Source of the DNA: Armatimonadota bacterium
Lineage (GTDB): Bacteria; Armatimonadota; UBA5829; DSUL01
DNA length: 64,000 nucleotides
Assembly (NCBI GenBank): GCA_039811685.1
Contig: JBDHZC010000006.1
Location: forward strand, 32,001-96,000
Direction: 5' to 3'
The stretch's first letter is position 1. Every line of letters starts with the position of its first letter. A program made the position numbers and the translations under genes. Below, in pieces: positions 30,655-40,997 of this stretch. The notes beneath the pieces were generated by a model. The model was given only the letters and a program-made list of their open reading frames with translations, had not been told where the DNA came from and did not search any database.

Positions 30655-31977
30655 CTACCGAGCTACAGTTCCCCGCAAGTTTAGCTGAATTTCTCCAATT
30701 AGCCAATCCACGAACTGTCGCGCCGCTCGCCCGCTGCGACTTTCCTGCCATCTGAGCGCCTCCGAAGCCAGCTCTTCCCTCTCCATTTTGATGCCGGCAG
30801 ACCTGGCGAGATTGAAGACAATCGCCAGATAAGCCTCCTGATCCGGCGTTGCGAAGGGCAGACGAATCCCAAACCGATCCGCCAGACTCAGCTTCTCTTG
30901 ATAGGAATCCATCATGTGCACGTCGTCATCGAGGTCTTTCTGGCGATCTGAGAAGCGCTCCTTCACCAGGTTGCGCCGGTTTGACGTGGCGTAAAGCGCG
31001 ACGTTCACAGGTCTCGTCTCAATTCCCCCTTCCAGGACAGCTTTCAGGGCTTTGAACTGCGAATCGTCTTCTTCAAAGGAGAGGTCATCAATGTAGAGGA
31101 TGAACTTCTGAGGGCGCGGGCGCACTGTTCGCAGAATGTCAGGGAAATCTACAAGGTGATCTTTCTGCACCTCAACCAGACGCAGCCCTTCATCAGCGAA
31201 CTCATTCACGAGAGCCTTTACGTGCGAGGACTTCCCGGTTCCACGGTCGCCGTAAAGCAGGATATTGTTGGACGGCAATCCTGCCAGCAGCTTCTGCGTG
31301 TTGCGGACAAGACTCTCCTTCTGCCACTCATACTCGTACAGATGGTTGAGCCGGATCGGGTCTGGCGCATCCACGCCCACAAGCTCCGAGCGCTCAGAGC
31401 TCCAGCGAAAAGCGTGGTAGCGGCCAAATACGCCGGCGCCGAAACGGTGGATGTCGCGAGCCAGCGTATCTGTGGCCGTCTTCCACGAAGACAGGCACGC
31501 CAGAGACTGTGCACTGCGCGGGATAGAAACGCGCAGCCCACTCCAGGATACAGCGGGCGATCCGCAAAGCTGTGAGACACGGGCGCAGACAAGGTCAGGA
31601 CTGATCGAGAACGCGCTGTGCAGAGCATCCAGATCGAGGCTGGCCTGAAGACGCAGTGCCGCTGGAACATCCTCCACTTCCAGGCGCTCCGCAGCAGTCA
31701 CAAAGGCGTTGTGGGACTCGACGATCCGCTGCAAAACGTGCGCTGTCCACACATCAGGCAGCTTGTCGTCGGTTTCAATGGTGTGTCCGGAGGCAAGAAG
31801 AGCGAAAAAACGGGCGTAGAGCTTGCCAGCCGATGCGTCCTCATCCGCAAGCGCGCGCAACAAAAGCAGGAACGCCTCTCCAACCGGATCTGCAAGCACA
31901 TCCGCAAACAGCGCGACGCGCTCGAGCCGGCGAAGCAACTCCGCAGCGTCCAGTGCGTGTTCCGTCATAGTTGCCAC
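30655..31977 (-). CDS. DUF815 AAA+ ATPase
   Basis: NILLYGDRGTGKSS, YIDDLSF, LEGG, YATSNRR, EKLSLADRFG, SGRAARQF. Confidence 0.9.
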   Translation of the reverse strand: MATMTEHALDAAELLRRLERVALFADVLADPVGEAFLLLLRALADEDASAGKLYARFFALLASGHTIETDDKLPDVWTAHVLQRIVESHNAFVTAAERLEVEDVPAALRLQASLDLDALHSAFSISPDLVCARVSQLCGSPAVSWSGLRVSIPRSAQSLACLSSWKTATDTLARDIHRFGAGVFGRYHAFRWSSERSELVGVDAPDPIRLNHLYEYEWQKESLVRNTQKLLAGLPSNNILLYGDRGTGKSSHVKALVNEFADEGLRLVEVQKDHLVDFPDILRTVRPRPQKFILYIDDLSFEEDDSQFKALKAVLEGGIETRPVNVALYATSNRRNLVKERFSDRQKDLDDDVHMMDSYQEKLSLADRFGIRLPFATPDQEAYLAIVFNLARSAGIKMEREELASEALRWQESRSGRAARQFVDWLIGEIQLNLRGTVAR

Positions 31978-31992
31978 TTCCGTAGTTGTGAC

Positions 31993-32820
31993 TCAGGCCA
32001 TTGCAGGAGCAAAGGGGTTATTCTCCTTCTCCTGACCAACTGTAGTTACAGGGCCGTGACCTGGAAGAATCAGCGTATCATCGGGAAGACTGAGAATCTT
32101 GGTACGGATGTTTCGATGCAGGTCTTCGTAGGAAACTGCCGCTCCTCCAGCCGACCCGGCAAAAATCGCGTCACCAACCACAGCCAGCGCCGGTTCCGTG
32201 TCGGAACGATTTACAACAAACGTCAGCCCCCCGGGGCTATGTCCTTCTGTTTCTCGAACTATAATGCTCAAAGACCCAATCTGAACACTGTCTCCGTCCT
32301 TCACGAGCTGGGCGCCCGGGACTGGTTCTTTGGGGGATGCGAGAATCGTTGGGTGATAGTGACTTACGACATCGTCGAGTACAGCTACGTGATCGCCATG
32401 CGTGTGCGTGAGCGCCAGGGTATCTACAGTCAATTTGTTAGCGTCCACAAGCTGCTGGATTGCCCCGAAATCAGTGCCTGTGTCGAACAGCACGGCCTTT
32501 TCACTGGAAGGGCCCCAGACGAGAAAGGCGTTAACGTAAAAATCGGTGTAGGGTGAGGAAATAACGCGGACGGTCGGCCACAGAGCCGAGCTGTCAGGTG
32601 AGTAGATGTCCCGGGCGATTTTGACGAGGTTTTCTCCTCGCAGTCCCAGCGCTCGGCCAATTCTGCCCAGTGCCTCCTCGTCTGGAGCAAACGCGTAGTC
32701 CAGAAGCTGCTCAACCTGCTCTGTTGTCAGGCCGGCCCGGGCTGCCAGATCGGCCGCCGAAACCTTCTGTCCCCGCATCGCTTTTCCAACGACATCCCCC
32801 AGCGCATCTTCAAGCGCCAT
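31993..32820 (-). CDS. MBL-fold metallo-hydrolase with N-terminal HTH-like domain
   Basis: THTHGDH, GHSPG, GDAIF, PGHGP; N-terminal ~65 aa resembles an XRE HTH. Confidence 0.88.
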   Translation of the reverse strand: MALEDALGDVVGKAMRGQKVSAADLAARAGLTTEQVEQLLDYAFAPDEEALGRIGRALGLRGENLVKIARDIYSPDSSALWPTVRVISSPYTDFYVNAFLVWGPSSEKAVLFDTGTDFGAIQQLVDANKLTVDTLALTHTHGDHVAVLDDVVSHYHPTILASPKEPVPGAQLVKDGDSVQIGSLSIIVRETEGHSPGGLTFVVNRSDTEPALAVVGDAIFAGSAGGAAVSYEDLHRNIRTKILSLPDDTLILPGHGPVTTVGQEKENNPFAPAMA

Positions 32821-33049
32821 CTTCTGCCCTCCTCAACGCTTACGCTTTTTGCGATCACAAAACTATATAGCACACAGGCGTTCCCAACGCAGGAGGCGCT
32901 AGACGATACGAGCGCTCACGCTTTCATTCAACACGGAACAAAAAAGTATCTCCGTTTCGTAGAAAAGCGTGGAAGAGATTATTTGGAACCTTTTCTCCTT
33001 TCTGCTATCTGAGCACACGGAGCATCCAATGCATCCGTTTCAGAAGATT

Positions 33050-33079
33050 GCCCGCCGGATCTCCGGCGGGCTTTTTTTT
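33050..33079 (+). terminator. Intrinsic terminator with no plus-strand gene upstream
   Basis: GCCCGCCGG-ATCT-CCGGCGGGC followed by 8 T on the plus strand only. Confidence 0.8.
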
Positions 33080-33145
33080 GTACGCAGGCAGCCGGGCGAA
33101 CCACAGATGGCGCGAAATGATCTTCGAAAAGGAGTAGCTGAGGGG

Positions 33146-33499
33146 TTACTCAGTGATACGTGAGAATTGCACGACAGTCACGATCTCAAGCGGCGTGATG
33201 GTGCGGTCGTAAAGCCGCTCGAGGAGTGTGATCAGGTCATCGATGTGGCGGAACTCCGGGTTCTCTTTCTCAATCTCTCGCCTGGTGAGGTCCTGAATCG
33301 GTTTGACAGCGACTTCATCGATGATCGCACAGAAGAGCTTCTGACGAGGGCCGTAACGCCGCCCCACCGTCACCCACACCAACTGCCCCGGCTCGTACTT
33401 GGCGGTCTTGTCTCCAAGGCGAATGGTCGCCGTTTTCCGTCCCTTTCGCAGGACGTCTCCGTAGAGCTCGGTGTAGAAATTGATAGCGTAATTGGGCAT
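33146..33499 (-). CDS. ASCH/PUA-like RNA-binding protein
   Basis: GRKTATIR motif (GxKxxTxR) near the N-terminus. Confidence 0.8.
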   Translation of the reverse strand: MPNYAINFYTELYGDVLRKGRKTATIRLGDKTAKYEPGQLVWVTVGRRYGPRQKLFCAIIDEVAVKPIQDLTRREIEKENPEFRHIDDLITLLERLYDRTITPLEIVTVVQFSRITE

Positions 33500-33536
33500 A
33501 AGAGTGTGCGGCCCTGACGTGCTCAGAGGTCGCAGG

Positions 33537-33566
33537 ATTGTAACCCTCAGCCGTACCGCCTGTCAA
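33537..33566 (-). promoter_or_regulatory. Sigma70-type promoter of the ASCH gene
   Basis: TTGACA-18 nt-TACAAT on the minus strand. Confidence 0.55.
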
Positions 33567-33662
33567 GGAATTGCGCCGCGCCTGCGCCAACAGCGCGTAC
33601 AGCAATACGAAAACCGGAGAGCGAACCCAGCCTCAGCAGGCCTCAGTCTCCCAGAGCGTCTG

Positions 33663-34010
33663 TCAGCTTCTCGCTTCTACGAACTCTTTGAGTACGACGG
33701 CGGCATTGTGCTGGGTGTCTTTGGCGCCGTAGACGAAGGTCACATCGCCGTTTTGCACAAGCTTCGTCAGTTGCTCAACAGGGGCCTGATTGGCCTGCAA
33801 CTCACCGCGGTAGCGCGCGCGGAACTCCTCCCACTTTGCCGGATCGTGGTTGAACCATTTTCGCAACTCCGGCGTCGGTGCGACATCTTTGAGCCAGAGG
33901 TTGAGAGCAGCTTCTTCTTTGGTTATTCCGCGAGGCCAAAGCCGCTCAACAAGCACCCGGTAGCCATCAGTCAGCTCGGCTGTCTCATAGGCTCTTTTCA
34001 GTTTAATCAT
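33663..34010 (-). CDS. DUF488 (YeaO-like) protein
   Basis: KRAY, DGYRVLVERLWPRG, WLKDVAP, LRKWF, HNAAVVL. Confidence 0.92.
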   Translation of the reverse strand: MIKLKRAYETAELTDGYRVLVERLWPRGITKEEAALNLWLKDVAPTPELRKWFNHDPAKWEEFRARYRGELQANQAPVEQLTKLVQNGDVTFVYGAKDTQHNAAVVLKEFVEARS

Positions 34011-34350
34011 CTCTGAACGAGCTCCTGTCTGTGGAGATAGAGCTGAGTGTTAACTGGAAGTGCGACCTGCCATTCCAGTTAGTCAGCTTTTTTAGTTTTA
34101 TTTACCCATTTGCGCCTGGTCTGTCCTGTCTATAGAGACTGATCAGGAGCATCTGCAGTGGGCAGTCTTCCAGGCACTGGTAGCGTTCAATGCAGCATGC
34201 CCTATCGCTTGCTTGTAACTGCGGTAATAGCGTGTACAATGTTCAGAAGCAGGCGTTGCGATTTATCCACGCCTGTTGAGGTAGCTCCGAGCCGAGCCTG
34301 GTTGGAAAGGATAGAAGAAACTGGCTTTTGCAGGTTGGACATCAAAGGAT

Positions 34351-34941
34351 GTGGCGGTCTTTGACGTTGAAGACTTTCAGGAGAGAATGAACCTGATTCG
34401 CTCTACCATCACGCCGCGTTTGGCGATGCTGGCCGACGACCTGCAACCGTACCTGAGAGATAAGCCTTTTGATCTGTATCCGCACGTCGCGCGTCATCTG
34501 CGCCGCCGCACGAACCCACCCGATGAGACCTGGGTGGCTTTTTCCCGTGACAGACGCGCGTATAAGAAGTACGCGCACCTGCTGGCCGGTATATCTGGCC
34601 GGGGGCCTTTTGCCCGGCTGGTGATAAAGACTGACGGCATAGATTTCGCCAACCTGCAGGCCCACTCAAGAGACACTGAGATGATTCAGCGCACTGTTTC
34701 TAATATGCAGGACAAAACAGCAGAATTCGGCTTTGAGCTTGAAAGATTCGATGGGGCAAGCTGGGTCCCTGTAAAAATGGCGGATATCTCCGCTGCATGG
34801 GCTGCCGGAACAAATGATTTTGCTCTCGGCGCCCACTTCACCACGGCCGATGCCGCAGAAGGCTCGCTTTTCGTTCGCAAAGTTGCGGATATGTTTGACG
34901 TTCTTACACCGTTTTATGAGATTGGAGCTCAGATGAGCTGA
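34351..34941 (+). CDS. DUF1054 (YktB/UPF0637) family protein
   Basis: HVARHLRRRTNPPDETWVAF...R.YKK..H; the true start may be CTG at 34321. Confidence 0.8.
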   Translation: MAVFDVEDFQERMNLIRSTITPRLAMLADDLQPYLRDKPFDLYPHVARHLRRRTNPPDETWVAFSRDRRAYKKYAHLLAGISGRGPFARLVIKTDGIDFANLQAHSRDTEMIQRTVSNMQDKTAEFGFELERFDGASWVPVKMADISAAWAAGTNDFALGAHFTTADAAEGSLFVRKVADMFDVLTPFYEIGAQMS

Positions 34942-34990
34942 TCTGGACTTTTGCGGATTATGCAGTCCACGGCCAGCGACCTGGAACACT

Positions 34991-36091
34991 ATGGGAACAG
35001 CACTTATCCAACAGATTCTTCCGGACGAATACGCGAACATGACCGATGAGGAGGCTGATGAGCGTATCCGGCTGGCCGACACCCTGCTTGGTGACCGGCT
35101 GGTCATTCTCGGTCACCACTACCAGGTAGATGAAATAATCAAGTTCGCGGACTACACGGGCGATTCGTTCAAACTGAGCCAAGAGTCCGCCGCGCGCACA
35201 GACGCTGAGTTTGTCGTCTTCTGCGGCGTCCACTTTATGGCGGAGAGCGCGGACATCCTGGGAGGGGAGCACCAGCACGTCATACTTCCGAACCTGACTG
35301 CGGGCTGTTCTATGGCCGACATGGTCAACCTGGAGCAGGTGGGCGACCTGTGGGACACGCTGGAGGAGGTGACAGACGCCCGTTGCGTCCCTGTCACCTA
35401 CATGAACTCCTCTGCTGCCATCAAAGCGTTTTGCGGCGAATACGATGGCTCAGTGTGCACGTCTTCCAACTGCGCCAAAGTCTTTGAATGGGCGCTGACA
35501 CAGGGCGATAAGATCATTTTCTTCCCGGATGAGCACCTCGGAAGAAACACGGCTCTTGCGATGGGCTTCAGCGAGGATGATCTGATGGTGTGGAATCCTC
35601 TGATTCCACCCGAAGACAACGACCTGGAGAAGCTGAAGCGATGCAAGTTTATTCTGTGGAAGGGATGGTGCTCTGTACACGGACGATTCAGCGTGGAGCA
35701 GATTGAGCTGGCGCGAAGAGACTTCCCCGACATCACGGTCATTGTGCATCCGGAATGCCGGCATGAGGTTGTCGCCAAGGCTGACGGCTTTGGCTCTACG
35801 GCCTACATTGTGAAAAGAGTCAACGAGGCCGCTCCAGGTACCGCGTGGGCAATCGGCACTGAAATCAACCTGGTGAGCAGGCTGGCAAAGCAGCATCCTG
35901 ACAAGACCATCTTCTGTCTGGACCCCATTGTCTGTCCGTGCTCCACGATGTATAGAATCCAGCCGCAGTATCTGGCGTGGGCGCTGGAAAATCTCTTGCA
36001 GGGCAATATCGTCAACGAAATCAAAGTCCCGGAACGGGAGAAGCAATTCGCCCGTAAGGCCCTCGATAGAATGCTGAGTCTGGCCAGCTAA
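34991..36091 (+). CDS. nadA: Quinolinate synthase
   Basis: GHHYQ, GDSF, FCGVHFMAE, AGCSMA, YMNS, CTSSN, PDEHLG, HPEC, GTE, CSTM. Confidence 0.95.
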   Translation: MGTALIQQILPDEYANMTDEEADERIRLADTLLGDRLVILGHHYQVDEIIKFADYTGDSFKLSQESAARTDAEFVVFCGVHFMAESADILGGEHQHVILPNLTAGCSMADMVNLEQVGDLWDTLEEVTDARCVPVTYMNSSAAIKAFCGEYDGSVCTSSNCAKVFEWALTQGDKIIFFPDEHLGRNTALAMGFSEDDLMVWNPLIPPEDNDLEKLKRCKFILWKGWCSVHGRFSVEQIELARRDFPDITVIVHPECRHEVVAKADGFGSTAYIVKRVNEAAPGTAWAIGTEINLVSRLAKQHPDKTIFCLDPIVCPCSTMYRIQPQYLAWALENLLQGNIVNEIKVPEREKQFARKALDRMLSLAS

Positions 36092-36559
36092 ACCGAACTG
36101 CAGGGCCGGCAAGCGCTTCTCCGTTTTTTCCGCAAGCATAGCCGGCCCATTTTTTGACACACTTCACAGCCTGGAACCGGCTGTCTTCCGGCCTGAGTAA
36201 ACGCGGGCAAACTCCTGACATTAGAGCGTGAGCGCCAGGCAGCACACGCGTCTTTGTAACCTTCCATCGGCGTACGTTCGCAGATTGGGAACGCTCCTGG
36301 GCAGCCACGAGTCAAATACTCAAAGTTGAGACTTACGGCCTGATCCATAAAGCCAGCGCACAGAAATGTGCGACAACTGTCTAAATTCGCAACGCCGCGT
36401 ATGATATTATGGAAGATAGAGACTGATCTTTTCTCCAACATCGGGCCCGCATTTGCCGAGCCTGTGCATCGCCTGCGCGTAAATCCTGCGGGCCACATCC
36501 GTCTATCTGGGCGGCAAGTAAGCCTTCGATGTGGGGCCGCTTTGACGCAGGATGATTCT

Positions 36560-39500
36560 GTGACGCCAAAACCCGGAGCATTGACTGGATTTCTCGTTGT
36601 CCTTGGCACTGCGCTCTTGTGTACGCGCGCCATCGCCCTGCCCGTTCTACTAAAGAGCGGAGCATTTGACCCTGCGCGCTCATCCGTCCATCTGCAATCA
36701 ACTCCCACCGACAGCTACTACCTGGTGCAGTTCTCATCGGCGCCTGGAGCTGCTGAGCGTCAGGCCCTTGAAGAAGCGGACGCGACGATTCTCGGCTACA
36801 TCCCGGAGAACTGCTATCTTGTTCAGGCGCAGCCGCAGGCGATGCTGGCTGCCGGACAGATACCGGGTGTCGTCTGGACCGGGCCTTACGCCAGCGCGTA
36901 TCGGATTGCGCCGTCCGTGCCCAACACAGATGCGCCCGTTCATATATCCGTCACGACCTTCCCGGGTGTCAGCGTCAAGAAGCTGATTGCTCAGATGGGG
37001 CTCTCGAGGGAATCGCTCATCGCTTTGTCAGCGTCTGACAGCGGGGACATTTTTTCCGTGAAAGCGACGGGGGCTCAAGCTCATGCCTGGACTCGCCTTG
37101 CGGGGGTGCGTTGGATACAACCGCGCATTCAACCAAAGCTGGCAAACGACATCGCCCGCGGCATTATGAATGTGAACCCGGTCTGGACCGATGTCGGCCT
37201 CTACGGGCAGGGGCAGACGGTGGCAGTATGCGACACCGGCCTTGACGTCGGGGCGACCAGTCCATTGCTGGATATAGACTTTCAGGGCCGTGTGAGCGCT
37301 GCGTTTGCCCTTGGGCGCACGGGACTCACTGACGATCCTCATGGGCATGGCACACATGTCAGCGGGTCAGTTCTCGGGAATGGGAAGCTCAGCGGATCTG
37401 ACCCTTCGACTCACAGCTATCTAAACTCTTACGCAGGAGTGGCGCCAGAAGCAAATCTGATTATGCAGAGCGTGCTGGACGCCAATGGCAATCTCGGTGG
37501 GCTTCCAGCAAATCTCGCGACACTGTTCACACAAGCCTATCAGGCCGGTGCGCGTGTGCACACAAATAGTTGGGGCGCAACAGTGGCGGGCGTCTATGAT
37601 ACTGACGCCAGTCAGGTCGATCAGTTTGTCTGGTCACATCCGGATGCAGTTGTGCTGTTTGCGGCGGGCAATGACGGCGTGGACGCTGACAGTAACGGTG
37701 TTATTGATCCGCAGTCGGTCGGTTCTCCAGGCACCGCCAAGAACTGTATCACTGTGGGCGCAACAGAGTCCGTTCGGTCGTCAGGCGGATATCAGTTTCA
37801 ATGGGGGACTGGTTCCTGGGCCAGCAATTACCCAGCTCCGCCCATCAAGAACGACCTGATCTCAGACAACAGTTTTGGCATGGCAGCTTTCTCCAGCCGC
37901 GGGCCGTGCGAAGATGGGCGAATCAAGCCCGATATTTGCGCCCCAGGCACGAATATCCTGTCTGTGCGCAGTCACAATCCTGCGGCTGGTACAGGCTGGG
38001 GCTCGTACAACGCAGACTATGTGTACATGGGCGGAACGAGCATGGCCACTCCTCTGGCGGCGGGAGCGACGGCGTTGCTGCGGCAATATTTCCAGCAGGT
38101 GAAGGGCATTGACCCTTCCGCCGCCCTGATCAAAGCAACTCTTCTGGTAAGCGCCCGGGACCTGACTCCTGGACAGTATGGCGCCGGCTCATCTCTTGAG
38201 ATTCCTGCCCGACCGAACAACGTCGAAGGCTGGGGACGGGTGGACCTGCAGGCGGCTGTCAACCCCGCACCACCGAATACCCTGCAGCTTGAAGACTACA
38301 AAGCCGGTTTACAGACCGGGGAGATCCGCTCTTTCTCTTTCAGGATCGTTACCGCAGGCGTGCCGCTTCGTATCGCCCTGGCGTGGACGGACTATCCCGG
38401 TGACGTGTCTGCATCCAAAGCCCTTGTGAACGACCTGGATCTACAGGTACACGCGCCGAGCGGCCAGGTCTTTGCGGGCAACGGAACGTCAGACCACGCC
38501 AACAACGTGGAAAGCGTGGACATCGCCTCACCTGAGATCGGCACGTACACGGTGACCGTCAGCGGCTACAGCGTTCCGCACGGACCACAGCCCTTTGCCC
38601 TGGTAGCTCAGGGGGGGCTTCCAAATGCCGCACTCTCCGGACATATTACGTCAACATCTGGCACACCAATCCCCAACGCTGCTATTACCGCAACTTCCCT
38701 CAGCGCGGTCTTCACAGCCTCTTCCAGACCGGATGGCAGTTATGACATCGCTGTCATTCCGGACGATTACAGCGTGGAGGTGTCTAAGAATGGCTGGAGT
38801 TTCAATCCGGTATCGCATAGCGTGACAGTACCTGCCGAAGGCGCCGGGAATGTAGATTTTGTAGGGACAGCCTCTCCCGCCTCCATAAGCGGCTCTGTTT
38901 TTGGCGCCCAGACACAACAGGGCTCCGGAACGTGGCAGTCTGTGCACCCCTATCTTAATAACACAAACGACTCCGTCACAATCTCCGGACCAGCCAATGC
39001 TGTGCGCATGCGGGTGCATTTTGCCCAGATGGCGACAGAGAGCGGGTACGACTTTGTAACGATCAGCGACAGCGATGGCGGAAGCGCGACGAGCTATTCC
39101 GGCAATAACAATGACTTCTGGAGTCCCTGGATAGACGGAAACGCAGTGCGGGTGAATCTTTCATCAGACGTCAGCGTGACGCGGTATGGCTGGCTGATAG
39201 ATGCGTTCCAGGCCACCATTCCAGGTTCGCCGATGACAGGCGTCACAGTTACAGACAGTCTCTCCGGCATCTCGAGCGTCAGCGGCCTCGACGGTTCCTA
39301 CGTATTTCCCAGCGTGCAGCCGCTGCCGACGACCCTTTCAGCTTCGATTGCCGAGCACGTAATAAAGCCGTCACAACGCGACATTGCGCCGACACCGGGG
39401 CAGAGCGTGCAGGGTCAGGATTTTGTGGCTATACCAGAGGTTCCGGTCATCCACGTCAAACTGACTCACAGCTACCCGGGAGACCTGGTTATCAAGACCG

Positions 39501-40408
39501 GTGTTGGAACCGTCGCCAACCCGGTTCTGATACGCACTATCTGGAATCGCCAAACTGCGAGCAATCCGACCCTGACCCTCGATATTCCTGTGGATGAAGG
39601 CAATCCCTACTTTCCGCCGAGCGCCGCCCATCCCTGGTTCCTTCAGATCTGTGATCAGTCTGCCTATGACCAGGGCACACTGCTGGAGTTTTCGATAAGC
39701 AGGAACGGGCGAACGTACGGTTCCTTCCAGACTCCCGCGGCGATAAACGATCTGACCTGTGTGACGGTGAGCGTTCCCTCCCAGACTCCGATTCGAATAG
39801 GCGACGCAAAACAGCTTGCCAACAACACCAGTTGCCTGCTGATGGACAAGATAGTGACGGCCGTGTTCGCCGATCGCATATACGTGCAGGAATCGGATCG
39901 CTCTTCCGCTATCTGTGTGCCAGGAGTCTTTGGAGTCACTGCGGGAGACTGCGTTTCTGTACTGGGCGCAGTTGATCTGATGGGGTGCGAGCGGATTGTA
40001 AATGCGGCTCAGGTGCAGAAGACGGCGCAGGGATCCTGGCCGGTGCGCCCGCTGTTCATCGGAGGCAGGAATGTGGGTGGTGAGCCGCTGTCACCCGTGA
40101 CTCCAGGCTTTGCAGATTCAATTGACCTCAACAACATAGGGTTGCTGGTCACTGTGTCCGGCACGGTACGAAAAACTGATGCAGGCTGGTTCTATGTGGA
40201 TGATGGAACTGCGGCGCCAGACGGCAGCGGGTACGGCGGCATACGCGTGGCCGCCGATGTGCTACAGATACCTCAGACTGGAGCGTTTGTTACCGTGACA
40301 GGAATCTCCAACTGCAGAGACTCTGGCTTTGGCGCAGCGCGCATCATCTATCCAAGATCGCAGGAGGACATTGTAGTTCTCCATGACGCACCCTCACCGC
40401 AACCGTAG
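36560..40408 (+). CDS. Secreted multidomain S8 subtilase (PPC, carboxypeptidase-regulatory-like, CUB-like, P-domain-like, C-terminal recurrent domain)
   Basis: Signal peptide from GTG 36560; catalytic triad VCDTG, HGTHV, GTSMATP; ESGYDFV (CUB-like); HSYPGDL (P-domain-like). Confidence 0.9.
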   Translation: MTPKPGALTGFLVVLGTALLCTRAIALPVLLKSGAFDPARSSVHLQSTPTDSYYLVQFSSAPGAAERQALEEADATILGYIPENCYLVQAQPQAMLAAGQIPGVVWTGPYASAYRIAPSVPNTDAPVHISVTTFPGVSVKKLIAQMGLSRESLIALSASDSGDIFSVKATGAQAHAWTRLAGVRWIQPRIQPKLANDIARGIMNVNPVWTDVGLYGQGQTVAVCDTGLDVGATSPLLDIDFQGRVSAAFALGRTGLTDDPHGHGTHVSGSVLGNGKLSGSDPSTHSYLNSYAGVAPEANLIMQSVLDANGNLGGLPANLATLFTQAYQAGARVHTNSWGATVAGVYDTDASQVDQFVWSHPDAVVLFAAGNDGVDADSNGVIDPQSVGSPGTAKNCITVGATESVRSSGGYQFQWGTGSWASNYPAPPIKNDLISDNSFGMAAFSSRGPCEDGRIKPDICAPGTNILSVRSHNPAAGTGWGSYNADYVYMGGTSMATPLAAGATALLRQYFQQVKGIDPSAALIKATLLVSARDLTPGQYGAGSSLEIPARPNNVEGWGRVDLQAAVNPAPPNTLQLEDYKAGLQTGEIRSFSFRIVTAGVPLRIALAWTDYPGDVSASKALVNDLDLQVHAPSGQVFAGNGTSDHANNVESVDIASPEIGTYTVTVSGYSVPHGPQPFALVAQGGLPNAALSGHITSTSGTPIPNAAITATSLSAVFTASSRPDGSYDIAVIPDDYSVEVSKNGWSFNPVSHSVTVPAEGAGNVDFVGTASPASISGSVFGAQTQQGSGTWQSVHPYLNNTNDSVTISGPANAVRMRVHFAQMATESGYDFVTISDSDGGSATSYSGNNNDFWSPWIDGNAVRVNLSSDVSVTRYGWLIDAFQATIPGSPMTGVTVTDSLSGISSVSGLDGSYVFPSVQPLPTTLSASIAEHVIKPSQRDIAPTPGQSVQGQDFVAIPEVPVIHVKLTHSYPGDLVIKTGVGTVANPVLIRTIWNRQTASNPTLTLDIPVDEGNPYFPPSAAHPWFLQICDQSAYDQGTLLEFSISRNGRTYGSFQTPAAINDLTCVTVSVPSQTPIRIGDAKQLANNTSCLLMDKIVTAVFADRIYVQESDRSSAICVPGVFGVTAGDCVSVLGAVDLMGCERIVNAAQVQKTAQGSWPVRPLFIGGRNVGGEPLSPVTPGFADSIDLNNIGLLVTVSGTVRKTDAGWFYVDDGTAAPDGSGYGGIRVAADVLQIPQTGAFVTVTGISNCRDSGFGAARIIYPRSQEDIVVLHDAPSPQP
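39791..40380 (+). repeat. Recurrent ~200-aa domain, copy 1 (C-terminus of S8 protease)
   Basis: IGDAK..KIVTA..IYVQESDRSSAI..NNIGLLVTVSG..FYVDDG..GIRV..VTGIS..RSQEDI. Confidence 0.8.
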
Positions 40409-40448
40409 TGGACTGATCTGGATTTACGACACTGGCGTGAGCGCATCC

Positions 40449-40997
40449 CTAGAGCAACATCGCAGCGGCAATTACAAACGCTGCTGACCAGATCGCCACT
40501 GCAAGCTCTCGCAGGATGAGATGCGGCCAGCAGAGAACCGTTCCGGGCCCCTGGCATGGCCATCTGTGCGGAGCGGTATCGGAAGCCGCCACCTCACTAT
40601 ACTCACGCTCACGAGACCAACCCGGGTCTAAAGGAGCAGCCCTGCCCGGGCCAAAGATGAGCCAGACCGCAGACCCAACGGCCCCAGTAGCGACCGACAG
40701 CAGCAGCAGGCGCAGGCCAACGTGCGCTTGGGACGTCCACCTTAGAGCAAAACCCAGCAGTGCGGCGGCTGCAGCGCCTTTCCACATTCCAGCCAGAGCG
40801 TGATTCCAAAGATTCCTGGACAAAACTCGCAGCGGCCACACTCTATAGAATCCATTTACCAGCACAAACTCAGCCTTCTCGCGTTCATTGCGCGGAACGA
40901 AGAATCCCCTGTTTCGCAGAGCTTTTCGCATGCGCGCGATCTTTCCAGCCAGCCCGGGAGCCACCGCCGGGTCGATACCTGCGGGCAGTGGTTTCAT
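40449..40997 (-). CDS. Hypothetical membrane protein
   Basis: ATG overlaps the upstream stop (ATGA); about three hydrophobic segments. Confidence 0.55.
   Translation of the reverse strand: MKPLPAGIDPAVAPGLAGKIARMRKALRNRGFFVPRNEREKAEFVLVNGFYRVWPLRVLSRNLWNHALAGMWKGAAAAALLGFALRWTSQAHVGLRLLLLSVATGAVGSAVWLIFGPGRAAPLDPGWSREREYSEVAASDTAPHRWPCQGPGTVLCWPHLILRELAVAIWSAAFVIAAAMLL

Noticed and set aside
32969..33163. 64-aa plus-strand ORF as the owner of the orphan terminator
   Set aside because: The ORF runs through the terminator itself and has no RBS.
36368..36559. Extended N-termini in the ORF track for the S8 protease (also metH, nosZ, nosD, site-2 protease, mqnD)
   Set aside because: Downstream starts fit RBS, signal peptide or gene overlap better; the extensions look non-coding.
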